From contig VRMN01000001.1 in assembly GCA_008690995.1 (NCBI GenBank), positions 1 through 64,000 on the forward strand: a DNA stretch of 64,000 nt. The letters are read 5' to 3'. This DNA comes from Porphyridium purpureum. Taxonomy: Eukaryota. Every line of letters starts with the position of its first letter. Positions within the stretch are counted from its first letter, which is position 1. The translations under genes were made by a program, and so were the position numbers. The notes beneath the pieces were generated by a model, which worked only from the letters and a program-made list of their open reading frames with translations, had not been told where the DNA came from and made no database searches. Below are positions 53,930-64,000 of the stretch, piece after piece.

Positions 53930-55479
53930 CAGTCCTGGCCAAGTTAGTTGTCCCACAGGATTAAATGAAGTTTTTTGTGAATAACTCGGCTTTTCGACTA
54001 GGTTGTCGTCTGTTTTGATGGCACGAAAAGAATCAGCGGCACGGAAAATGGGTAGGGGCGTCCAAAGGTATCGTAGAACAAAACAACAGGTGTGAGAAGT
54101 GCCGAAAAAGAGAAAAACAATAAAACAGGTTGATGAGGACAAACACGCTCATGAGAAGAGATTTAACTGTAGTAACGAAACTAGTACTTGGTTTGACGGC
54201 CACCGGCGTCGATGCAAGCTTGCAGGCGACGGGGCATGCTCTCGAAAAGTGCCTCAACATACTTTGGCGCTTCCGTTCGCCAGCAGTCATAGATAACTGG
54301 AAGCATGTCATCGAGGCGCATAAACTGGCGTCCTTGCCAATGCACACGGCGAGAAACGATCGCCCACAGATTCTCAACTGGATTCAAGTCCGGCGACCGC
54401 GCTGGCCAATCAAGTAGTGCGATTCCGACCGTGTCAAACAGCTCGCGCGTGCTCAGCGCTGCATGTCCGGGCGCATTATCTTGCTGAAATATGAATGGAC
54501 AATCCGGCTGATCAAGGCGCCAAGGCAGTTCCAGTGCCCAGGGCATCATGACGTTCAGCATAACCTGCCGATATCGCTCGGCATTCAGCGAGCCTTGAAC
54601 ACGATGCAACGTACTCAGTCCGTGCCACGACATGGCACCCCAAAACATTGCGGATCCTCCGCCACTATGGCGACGCATGGTTGGCGCGGGCTCAGGGCCT
54701 CGCGTTCGCTGATAAGTCTTGTTGTACCCGTGTGGCCCGTCCAGCCGAAAGATCTTTTCATCCGAGAAGATGACATTCTTCCAAAACGATAGCGGCTTGT
54801 GGACGTATTCTCGAGCAAATGCAAGCCGCTTGACTCGGTTCTTTTCCGAAATGAAGAACTTTCGCCTCTGCGCGATAATACGAACCTCTGGTGATCTCTG
54901 CAGGATACGACGAACAGTTCTCGCACTGCACGCAAGCTGCAGCTCCGTCACTGCCTGTGCAGACGTCAACTTATCCGTAATGACGTGCCGAATCAGGCGA
55001 CGCTCCAATTTCGGCGATATTGTCCGTGCCGGTCCGGGCTTCTTGAAAACCCTTTTCCTTCCTCGATTCTTCAGAAATCGCTCCACAGTCTTGTACGATG
55101 GTCGGGTCTTGTCTGGTCGCGGACGAAGACGTGCTGCAATGGCCCGCGGCGTCAGACAGAGCCGGTGCAGAGCGTCAATCTGGCCTTTCTCGAAGTCGGA
55201 GAGCCGTGGTGCCATGTTTCCGATGCTTGCGGTTGCTGGACTTGGTCGCGATCGTATGCCCGAGTGCAGTAGATGCGTTAGTCTTCTTTCACATGTCTTG
55301 AACCCCTTCATGGCCTCATGGGGTCCCGCAAAAGCGCGCGCTTACCTCTGACCTAAGGAACAAAAATATGTTAAAAAAAGGTATAAACATTGATTTCATA
55401 TGAAAACGCTCGTTTTTACTATAAAACTGGAGTTCAGACCTTGAAATTGCACCTGGGACAACCATCTTGGCCAGGAGTG
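53930..55479 (-). mobile_element. Tc1/mariner transposon copy 2, near-identical to copy 1 and inverted
   Basis: Same TIRs; TA duplications at 53928-53929 and 55480-55481. Confidence 0.95.
54181..55215 (-). CDS. Tc1 DD34E transposase with canonical WPARSPDLNPVE (ORF open from 55311)
   Basis: Few substitutions relative to copy 1. Confidence 0.93.
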   Translation of the reverse strand: MAPRLSDFEKGQIDALHRLCLTPRAIAARLRPRPDKTRPSYKTVERFLKNRGRKRVFKKPGPARTISPKLERRLIRHVITDKLTSAQAVTELQLACSARTVRRILQRSPEVRIIAQRRKFFISEKNRVKRLAFAREYVHKPLSFWKNVIFSDEKIFRLDGPHGYNKTYQRTRGPEPAPTMRRHSGGGSAMFWGAMSWHGLSTLHRVQGSLNAERYRQVMLNVMMPWALELPWRLDQPDCPFIFQQDNAPGHAALSTRELFDTVGIALLDWPARSPDLNPVENLWAIVSRRVHWQGRQFMRLDDMLPVIYDCWRTEAPKYVEALFESMPRRLQACIDAGGRQTKY

Positions 55480-55735
55480 TAGTGCGTGGGGCGGTTGGTT
55501 GTGAGCGCGGGAGAGCGGCTGGCGTGGTGAGAAGGGGCAATTGTGTGCGGCGTGCGAGGTCGCGCGGCGCGTAGAGGTTACGCAGACGGTGCCGCGAGAG
55601 CACACGCACACACAAACACACACATACGCGCGCGCGCACATATTCATTACGCGGCGAGTTCATGACAGAGTTGGCGGCGCCGCGTGTTCGTCCTGTTCGT
55701 CCTGTTCGTCCTGTTCGTCCGCGCGGCAGCGCGTC

Positions 55736-58564
55736 ATGGCGTCGAACTCTCGCGGGTCAAGCCCAGTGGTAGGCTCGGGCGCACCGGCGCGAAAGCGGAA
55801 CACGCTGCTGAGCTCCTACTACGGCCTCGCTGCGTCGCCCGCCGCGCGCACGTCGCCGGGTGCCGCGCACAGCCCGCCTTTGGCGCAAAGTATCGACCAG
55901 CTCGACTTTGCGCTGTCTGGGTCTATCCAAGCGCGCGGCGGTGATGCAGACCAGGATCGTGAGCACTGGTCTCATGAAATGCCGGCAAATGACTTTTACA
56001 GCGAGCAGCTGCGCATTGCGCGCGAAATGATCGCTTCCAAGACGGTCGAGCAGCTGACGGCCATTGCGGCATCCCTCCAGTCCTCCACGCGCCAGAGCGA
56101 GCTGGGGTTACACGATGCAGTGCACTCAAGTTACGCCAGCTTCTTGGCAACCTCGCAACTGGTGGCCGACATTTCAGCGCACTGCAATGCTGTGGCGGCC
56201 GACAAGGATGGTACGCTGGAAGCCGTGGCGCAAATCTCGCAGAGAACGCAGGCAGTTAATGCGCGACTCGCCGCGAGCAGAGAACAGGTCGAGCACCTTG
56301 AGGGCGCGCGGCGTTGCGTGCTCCTGCTCATGCTCGCACGGCGTCTGCCGCGCTACATGGAACTGCACGCTAGAACTGGCGCACACACGCTGCACGCGGT
56401 GCTCGACAAGTGCGCACTCGCGTTGCAGTTTCTGAACCGATTGGCGATCAGTCACCCTGCATTCGAGTCCAGTCTTACCGCCATCCACGCATCCGTGGTC
56501 CGAATCCTGGGCGACCTTTTCGAGCAGTTGACCGCGGAGCGTGTGGATGCGGACCATGATACCGATACAAATCTGGAATTACGCTCGGTCTGTCGCATCG
56601 CCGCGGACATTCTCGTGCTCGCAGAAGCCTTGCCGGAATCTGACAGAATGCGAGGATATTTGACAGGAGAAACCAGCGATTCAGATCTAATGCAGGAGAA
56701 GGTTTGGTCCTTGCCATCTGCTGTGGTTGATGCTGTCTACCGCCGGGCGGACCGCGCCCTCACAGTTGCTCTATCAAGCCACTCGGGCAACTCAGAGGTG
56801 TTCCGCGGAGCATCCGCTCCCGAGTCAGAGCTTGTGCCTGAACTCGCTATGAAGCTGGAAAGAGCGCTGCACGTGTTGCGTGCGTTTTACTCTGAGTTGC
56901 GAGATTTCAGTGAGTACTGCTGTGCGCGGATCCGAGACCCTGCATTGCGGCGGCAGCTAGGATTCGAGCTGGAGGTTAGCGAGGCAGAATCCGCCGCGGA
57001 GATTCCAGTGAAAAAACATGGAGATCTTTATAACCAGGAAAAGGGAGAGCCGCTGCTTGTTCGCCCACAGTGGTTCACTGTGCGAGTACTGGAGCAGGTC
57101 GTGTCGCCTGCCAGGCAGCGTTTGCGCACGCTGGGTGCCAGCTCGCTTATTCTCCAGCCCCAGCAGCTTGCCGCCCTAGTGAGCGTAATCGAGGGCGCAA
57201 AGCGCAGTGTTGTAGCTAGTGCAAACGCAGTGCCACTGGTGCAAGCAGATCGAGTCGCTGCAAACGATGAGGCCCTGCCAGGCGCCTTTGCTGAAACACT
57301 CATCGCCGATCTGGACGGTGTTTTGTCAGAGGCGTACGCACAGCTATTCTGCGCTTTGGCGGCGCGCCTGCTTGAGCTGGTGTGCGACGCGGCGTCTCAG
57401 TGCTCTTTTGGAAGCATTTTCGCTGGAAGGCGTGGCGGCACGAGTGGTAGCGCCGCAGTAAATGCATGGGTTCGCGCACTGGATACGTTCAGTGAGGAGC
57501 TCGAATCGACCCTGGGCAGCATGTGGCGCTGCACGTCGATGCTGGCCGAGGCGTTGGACACTTATGATGCGCATGATTTTGTACGCAGCGTGCAACATAG
57601 CATTGCGCTGGTTGCCGTTTCATTTATCAATCGACTCGTACAGGCTACCTATGCTGACAGCCATGATGCTTCCAGAGACCGAAGCGCCGAGCTGGTGGCG
57701 TGCGGCCCAGTGCGGTTCTTGCTCTTTGGCACGCTTATCGCTAGCATACGCGATAATCCAAACGTGAAGGACTTTCAGGAAGTGCCATTCAGCAGCCTAA
57801 TCGCTGCCTGCCTTGATAATTACTGCCGTCACGCCGCCGAGGACTTGAGCGTCGTGCTCTGTGACGCTTACGACACGCTGAGCGTAAGAGGTAGACGAGG
57901 TCGTGGTAAAGGCTCTGATGGTAAGGAAGAACAGGTGCTGTTGCAGCACGTGTACAAAACGCACGCGGAAATCGATACTTACCGACTTGTGTGTCTACGT
58001 ATGCAAGAGAATGTCGCTATTACTTCTGCACCGCCGGAATCGTCTTCAGCGCTGCAGCAATCGCACCAGCAACATACGCATCGCCAGAAACTGCAGCGAT
58101 CGATCTCAAACGCGCCCGGCAAAGCAATGCCATCGCGCACATCGATGCGCCGGCCTGCTGGCGCCCAGTATTTTGACGATGAGGTCAGCGACTTCAACGC
58201 CTTGTTTGCATCACAGGGCTTCACTTCGGGCGACGCACCTCTGTCGTCGGCCAGATACACGGATGTGTCGGTCGCTGCCCCCGATACGCTGCCGCGGCGC
58301 GTATGTGCGTACGTGGCGCGCTCGTGGGCCGAGTTTGTGCGACTCCAGACCTTTGACAACGCGGCCACCATTGACCGGCAGGCACGTGCCGATGTGGAGC
58401 GTTTAGCGCGAGCGTTCGCAGACGTGGGGCAAGCGCTTGCCGCGACGGAAGGGAAGGGTTCGGCAGCTGCGCTCACACAGCACACGCAAGCTCATCAAGA
58501 CAATTTGGCCAAGCTCTTTATACCAGTGCTTGAATCGTGCGCACTTCGAAGCATGACAGAATGA
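55736..58564 (+). CDS. VPS51: Vps51/Ang2-like GARP complex subunit
   Basis: N-terminal LLSSYYGL; Vps51-like coiled region (LHDAVHSSYASFLATS); C-terminal SWAEFVRLQTF; divergent overall. Confidence 0.7.
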   Translation: MASNSRGSSPVVGSGAPARKRNTLLSSYYGLAASPAARTSPGAAHSPPLAQSIDQLDFALSGSIQARGGDADQDREHWSHEMPANDFYSEQLRIAREMIASKTVEQLTAIAASLQSSTRQSELGLHDAVHSSYASFLATSQLVADISAHCNAVAADKDGTLEAVAQISQRTQAVNARLAASREQVEHLEGARRCVLLLMLARRLPRYMELHARTGAHTLHAVLDKCALALQFLNRLAISHPAFESSLTAIHASVVRILGDLFEQLTAERVDADHDTDTNLELRSVCRIAADILVLAEALPESDRMRGYLTGETSDSDLMQEKVWSLPSAVVDAVYRRADRALTVALSSHSGNSEVFRGASAPESELVPELAMKLERALHVLRAFYSELRDFSEYCCARIRDPALRRQLGFELEVSEAESAAEIPVKKHGDLYNQEKGEPLLVRPQWFTVRVLEQVVSPARQRLRTLGASSLILQPQQLAALVSVIEGAKRSVVASANAVPLVQADRVAANDEALPGAFAETLIADLDGVLSEAYAQLFCALAARLLELVCDAASQCSFGSIFAGRRGGTSGSAAVNAWVRALDTFSEELESTLGSMWRCTSMLAEALDTYDAHDFVRSVQHSIALVAVSFINRLVQATYADSHDASRDRSAELVACGPVRFLLFGTLIASIRDNPNVKDFQEVPFSSLIAACLDNYCRHAAEDLSVVLCDAYDTLSVRGRRGRGKGSDGKEEQVLLQHVYKTHAEIDTYRLVCLRMQENVAITSAPPESSSALQQSHQQHTHRQKLQRSISNAPGKAMPSRTSMRRPAGAQYFDDEVSDFNALFASQGFTSGDAPLSSARYTDVSVAAPDTLPRRVCAYVARSWAEFVRLQTFDNAATIDRQARADVERLARAFADVGQALAATEGKGSAAALTQHTQAHQDNLAKLFIPVLESCALRSMTE

Positions 58565-58839
58565 TTCTCGTGGTGCTGTCTCAAGGTGAGCGCGTAGCCG
58601 CTATCCGTAGCCGCGCGTCCTTATCATAATTGATGCGCAGTGGCCGTATGCTCCTTGGCGCAGTGCAGAGATTGAGTCACATGAATGTCGTGCTGGCATG
58701 ATCGGAATTCTTCGGTTCCACAAGACAGTGCTTTGGAAGGGTGGGTGGTCCCATGTATGATACAACGTCGCTGCGCAGGAAAAGACGAGAAGAGGCATTG
58801 GGGCATTTCCAGCAACAGAAACAACACGCGATCACCTTT

Positions 58840-61074
58840 TCAGTCTATCGTCACCTGCAGCTGCTGCACGGCGATCCCGCGCAACACGCCACTCCATGCG
58901 CAAGCTTCTTCAAGTAATTCAGTAAGCAACTCAGGCGACATGGTGCCCCAGCCGGGCATACGTCGCACCTGCGCAAAGCGCTGCACTGTGAAATGCATCG
59001 CTACGCGCTTCAGTGCGGAAAGATTGAATCGCAAGGAGACTTGCAGAATCGCAACCGCAGTCGCGTCGCAGAGTAGGTCCGCCAGCCGCTGCTCACAACG
59101 TTGAGACAACTCAGGAGGAAAGTCATAGTACGCCACAAGAGCGAGCACGCCCTCTACGTCAGTCACGCCTTCAATGCTGCCGCCGCTCGATCCACAAAAG
59201 TCGAGGCGATCCGTGTACAGAAAGCGCAGGCATGCGCGCACATGCTGAGGCTCAAACTCAGGTGGAACATGCACATCTGCGCTCATCGCGTCGCGCATAC
59301 CCGAACTAAATCGCGCTCTGAAGTGGCCTGAACGAGCATAAAGTACTGCACGGTGAACAAAGAATTCAGCGCTTGCGCCACGATCATCGCCGTCCCGAAC
59401 TAAGATACGCATATCCGCGTTAAAGCTCTGAGCACATTCGAAAATGTGCGCCATCTTTTCGGTCACGCTTTCCTCAGAAAGCGATTCAAGTTCGCGTCGA
59501 AACAGGAGGTCCACTTTGGTGGTATCCTCACTGCCTAGCAGCCGCTGGGGCAAGGCTCCGCTTACACAGACGCCACCCGGTTCAAAGTCGAGCGAGCGCC
59601 TTCGACGAAGCTCATTTTGGATGCGGGTTTCGATCACTTCTGCGCGTGTCGGAACTACCAGAGCGCCGAAGCGAACGTGACTCACCACCTGCGCCTTGAT
59701 TTTCTGCTGCCGGTGCTCGTGTGTGCCGCTCGCGCCTGGCTCCAAGGGCACTGTCGAGCTGCTCTCTGGCTGCGGCCGCACAATTTTGAGCATGGCATTC
59801 TCGCAAGGCGTGACAAGGATGCCTCCCGGGTTGAGCAGTTCAACAATACTCCCAAGATTTTCCTCCGTGCACTGCGCGCCGCAGTGAATACGGTCGAACA
59901 ATGCTCTTGGCTGTGTATCGCGATTCCCGCCATTCAAAAGCTCGCTGGCGCTCGTAGCGTCGAGCAAAAATACATTTGCTTGCGCGAAACGCACTGGCGC
60001 GGCCGCAGCAAATGCGGGATTTGTGCTGAACGCCGGATTATTCTGTCGCATCCACTCGAGATTGGACTCGGAAAAACTTACTGTGCCCTGCTCAATATCG
60101 ATACCAACAACGATGCCACTCGGGCCTGCTAGCAGCGCGGCCAAAGCGGTCAAGTGGCCACAGCCACTGCCCACATCCAATACGGCGTTTCCGTGCTGAA
60201 TGTCTAGCGCCGTCAAGGCGCTTACATAGACTTCCGGTGACGACACATTGAAGCCGAGCGACGTCAAACGCAAAGGGCTGAGTGAGAAGGCACGCGCGTT
60301 CCGGTACAGCGGCGGAAGAAACAAAGCTCGCGGCGTGCGCCATAGTGCGTCTTCCAAGCGTCTGTCGGAAGGACCAATCCCACCCATCGATTTCAAAGCT
60401 TCGATCATTCGCTCATTCGCGTCTCGATATTTTTCGAAGCTTTCCGGTGTGCCTTCGTCTTGCGCATGCACCGACCGCGTGCCCTGTTCTTCATCGTCTG
60501 CGTCTACCTCTTGCATGTTCTGATGAAGCAGCACAGCTATGTGGGCAGCAATTGACGGCGGCAATGCAAGCTCTCGCAAGGAGTCACGAATCTCATTCTG
60601 CGGATGTTCCTCCTCCCGATCAATTTCCTCTGACCCATCGAGGCTTTCACTACCGCTTTCTTCACTTGCATACGAAGCATCATGCGTATGCGCATCTTGA
60701 GTATGTCTCACAGCTCGAAAATCTTCTACCTCTGCTTCTTCCGTCGCCGAGTTGTCAGAAGCCATGAGCAACTCGAGGAACTCGGCCGTGCCATCGCTGT
60801 CTTGACCCGAAAAAAATTCTCCGCTGCCCGCCATGGAAGCAGCATTATTGGCCGCCGAGTTTGCAGCAGCCTCTTCTCCGTCTGACGAGTCGAGTAGAAG
60901 CAGGGCCAATTCCTCCTCGCCTTCCTGCTGCCCATCTTCGTGTTCGTCGTCGCCAATGTCGAGGTCCTGTCCATGCTCCTTCGCCGCCGCGCCAGGCGCT
61001 TCGTACGCGTCTGCGCTCACCGAATGCTCGTCCATATCCATGCTGCATGAGCGGCCGGTGTCATCAGTGACCAT
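58840..61074 (-). CDS. Protein-L-isoaspartate O-methyltransferase(-like) domain fused to a BTB/POZ and BACK-like domain, with an acidic N-terminus; start uncertain
   Basis: TPRALF, NVSSPEVY, VLDVGSGCGHLTA, FDRIHCGA, LNPGGILVTP, VRFGALV; FFVHRAVLYARSGHFRARFSSGMRD, LRFLYTD. Confidence 0.88.
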   Translation of the reverse strand: MVTDDTGRSCSMDMDEHSVSADAYEAPGAAAKEHGQDLDIGDDEHEDGQQEGEEELALLLLDSSDGEEAAANSAANNAASMAGSGEFFSGQDSDGTAEFLELLMASDNSATEEAEVEDFRAVRHTQDAHTHDASYASEESGSESLDGSEEIDREEEHPQNEIRDSLRELALPPSIAAHIAVLLHQNMQEVDADDEEQGTRSVHAQDEGTPESFEKYRDANERMIEALKSMGGIGPSDRRLEDALWRTPRALFLPPLYRNARAFSLSPLRLTSLGFNVSSPEVYVSALTALDIQHGNAVLDVGSGCGHLTALAALLAGPSGIVVGIDIEQGTVSFSESNLEWMRQNNPAFSTNPAFAAAAPVRFAQANVFLLDATSASELLNGGNRDTQPRALFDRIHCGAQCTEENLGSIVELLNPGGILVTPCENAMLKIVRPQPESSSTVPLEPGASGTHEHRQQKIKAQVVSHVRFGALVVPTRAEVIETRIQNELRRRRSLDFEPGGVCVSGALPQRLLGSEDTTKVDLLFRRELESLSEESVTEKMAHIFECAQSFNADMRILVRDGDDRGASAEFFVHRAVLYARSGHFRARFSSGMRDAMSADVHVPPEFEPQHVRACLRFLYTDRLDFCGSSGGSIEGVTDVEGVLALVAYYDFPPELSQRCEQRLADLLCDATAVAILQVSLRFNLSALKRVAMHFTVQRFAQVRRMPGWGTMSPELLTELLEEACAWSGVLRGIAVQQLQVTID

Positions 61075-62464
61075 TTCCAAGAGGCCGTGCCAGCCGCCGC
61101 GTTCCAGAACATCCACGCGGCTCTGCCGGCACTGCTGCACGCGTGTCCGCTGATGCTGCCTGGTCGCTGCGCCTTTGGTTTGGTTTCAAGCGCCAAACCT
61201 GGCTCGCTTTTACATATTAAAACAGGCTGCTTTTATAGGAACGTTGAGATTGTTCGTGCTGGCGAAGGCGGCGTTTAAACGGCTTGACTCTGGGTGTGGA
61301 AAGTGTTCCTTTCCGAGGCCTTGCATTGAAGAGTTTGTCGGGTTAACAACCCCCAGGCTCACCCCTTTGGGATTGTTGCGGGGGGACGGTTTGGAACCGC
61401 GGGTGAATCCACACCGGGCGGTCTTTCCTTGCCGTTTTAATGAAGCGTTGCGCGTCCAACGTCAACCTGCTCGAGCCTTTCCGCTGTCATGCTTTTTGTT
61501 TTATTTTGACAAACTCTTCTTGGTCTTTTTTCCCTTATCCTACGCAGGACGGTGGTCCTCGTGCGTGGTTCTACGTTTATATACCGTTCTCTTGCGCATG
61601 ATGCCAGGCTGGCAGTGACGGCTCCAGACTGTACTTTCACGATCTCTTCACGATGTACAATTGAGCATGCTTCGAACCGGCGTCCCGACTCGTTCAAGTG
61701 TGCGACGGCGTACCTATGGTGCACGGCCAAGGTATTAACACCGGGAGCCCTCGGTTGCCAGGACGCAGCAAGTGCTCGACGCAGCGCTAACACGGAAGCG
61801 TGAGGTAGAGCACAAGGGATCGCGATGGTTTTTTGCGTTGAAATCGGCCAAATATCTGCGATGTACTCCGCAAGACCGAGATGCTTTTCTCTCGTCGCAA
61901 ACCTCCCTTGCTTCGTCCTAATGGCCAGAGCCAAGGCAAAAATTCGGTGGCTGGCGCCTTGATGATAACCTGAGATCGCCAATCGTGATAAAAAGTCTGA
62001 TGTGCGTTCGCATTGATGCATCGTTACGCCTCTTCTTAATCAAATAAGCTGGCACACATATCCTGTCCTGGTTTGGACATAATCACAGTTGCGGCGGAAG
62101 TTTCGACTTCAGTTTTTTAAGCTGAACCGACAAGGCCTAAAACTTGATCCGATTTCAGTTGCGGTGGTGTCCCGAGACGCCGTGCTCCGGTTTCATGGGA
62201 GTGATTGGTCCCCTATACTTTTAAGACTGAAATTTCGAGGGCTTGATGGGGAGGTAGTCTTTAGGACTCGTTGCCGCTCCTTAGGACAGCAGACTTCTCA
62301 GAGTAAGTGTTTTCCTCTCCGTTCATCTCGACCTATTAAAATCAGGGATTAGTTGCCATCCCACGACAAAGGGGCCCAATTTTATGTTTGTGCTCCTTCA
62401 CGAAACCCAAAGTGCGCCGCATCTGGCCGAGGCAGCCGTGCTGGGCGAGCAACTGGCTGCGTGC

Positions 62465-63857
62465 TATATGTCCTTACTGTGCTGTGATCGCTATCCAGCT
62501 CGGTATTTTTGCAGTTTAGTATTTCATTAAACATGGATCATTTCTTTGACGACCGCAGCACCTCGGCACCGTCTTCAATTACATTGATCGTCACGCACGA
62601 GCAGCAAGTGTTCGTGTATGCCTCCGTTACGAGCACCAACTTGTGAAAGCAAAACCACCGAGCCGTGGCACTGTACGGCAGGGAGCTCGCCGCACGAGCC
62701 CAATCTTGTTGATGATTAAACAACTCGCTTCCTTCCAAATCGAACCACGACCTCACTCCTAGCTGGGCAAGGGAGTGTGTCGCAACCAATGATTGCCTAC
62801 GAAACTGTGCTTTCCATCTCGTTACAGGGCAGCACATTTCTCGGCCTCCTCTCGATACAGTGACGGATCTACGCGCCAGCAACGGCCGCTAGCCTCGACC
62901 AAGTCCCGCAAAATGTTCGTAACGTGCTCATGCACGCAAAGCTATTCAAGCAGCCTCATTGACGAACCATCAACTTGCATCTGCTCTTGCAAGCTATGCA
63001 CGAAAGCCGCATCTAGCAGCGATAATAGGTCCAGGAGACCATTTTCCAAGCAGTCTTGCGACAAATTTTCTGATCATGATAGCGGATCATGTTGAACAAG
63101 TCGAACACTGGAAGCTTGCAGATGGAAAATCTTGCGCACAAGAAATAAGGCAAGCCGCTTGCGGACCTCATCCATCAAGTTGCTGACACGTTCGCGTGCA
63201 AGACGAGCAGTTCGGCGCTGCCTTTAACGTCGGCGCTCATTTTCGGCCTCAGCAAGTCTGGACACCAAGTCTTCCAAACCCTTGTAATATTGGAGAGTGC
63301 AAGCCATATTGCCAACATCCACGAATAGCGCACGATTCCGGTCGGGATCAGAGAATGTCTGGAAAGTATGCTCATCCGGGTCCAATGACACAATGCGTGG
63401 TGGCGCGCCATGCTGGCCTCGATGCTTGGTCTTGTGTAAGTGTGTCGACGTCTTGTGCTTTCGCCATGCATTTGGCTTCTGCGGTGATGCTTCATTCAGG
63501 CTGCAGGTCAGGTAACTTTTGTCTTTGCCGGAAGCACGTGTAGGACTAGTTGGTTCGTATACGGAATAGATGAAAGTCCATTTGCAGAAGCCCACATGCA
63601 GCTTGAGCGCCTCGTTCCGTGTTTAGCCACATGGGTTTGCCGCCAGACACTACCTAAACAACGCAGCCCACACGCAATTCACCCACTTCTTGCGCACTAA
63701 AAATTCTCAGTCTTATGGTCCTTTTGCGTTCAGAAACCGAATATAAGATACTTTGTGTTAACTGGTGCCACAGTCTTACTTTCCAAAGGTTAGAGGAGCC
63801 GCGATCACAGAAGCGTGCTCGCCATCCCGAATCGCGTACAGGACGAATTTGAGCCAC
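62465..63857 (-). pseudogene. Decayed Fanzor/TnpB-like RNA-guided nuclease gene (RuvC plus zinc-ribbon remnants)
   Basis: Collinear fragments across frames: KRTIRLRIF, MGFCKWTF, RIVSLDPDEHTFQTF, RERVSNLMDEVRKRLALFL, KLPVFD..NM, QKICRKTAWKMVSWTYYR, LVTEAYTNTCCSC, ELDSDHSTVR. Confidence 0.72.
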
Positions 63858-64000
63858 GAGCTGTCGGCCACAAGCGCGCTGCCGTAACTTACTACTCGGA
63901 TGCGAGATACTGCGTTCAGTTCACGGTGTCAAACCCGATGCACGGATCCACACGCGCCTCCAGATCCGTCAGAAGCGCAATGCATTTGTCGCATGTTTTC

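Noticed and set aside
61300..61440. Possible structured ncRNA (AACAACCCC...GGGATTGTT stem)
   Set aside because: No recognisable tRNA, snRNA or snoRNA motifs; one stem is not enough evidence.
61437..62021. 194-aa ORF as the transposase partner of the Fanzor-like gene
   Set aside because: No serine-recombinase, Y1 or DDE motifs recognised.

Overview
Eukaryotic, GC-rich, almost intron-free genomic DNA. The gene density and TE content suggest a compact unicellular alga, possibly a red alga (inference only). The first ~33 kb is a TE-rich block: a CRE/MoTeR-like non-LTR retroelement ending in (TAACCC)n, an intact DD34E Tc1 element, two Ty3/gypsy elements with -1 frameshift signals, a Ty1/copia element with an in-frame UGA between gag and pol, and Tc1/copia relics. 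Two host genes are embedded in it: UTP4 and an unusual three-domain enzyme. The rest is a housekeeping block (REP, a pentapeptide-repeat membrane protein, a bacterial-type Pat acetyltransferase, NAA20, POLD1, FMO, a second Tc1 copy, VPS51, a PCMT-BTB fusion), ending in a decayed Fanzor/TnpB-like gene. Top candidate for a new system: 12684-16470 (-) fuses a Leu/Phe/Val-dehydrogenase-like domain with a polar/acidic pocket, a NikD-like MSOX-family flavin oxidase and a SABATH methyltransferase. In that order these could convert L-lysine to piperideine-2-carboxylate, then picolinate, then N-methylpicolinate (homarine). This pathway is an inference and needs biochemistry. Several host genes show single apparent frameshifts, probably assembly indels. 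Motif comparisons were made by eye from recalled consensus sequences, not database searches.
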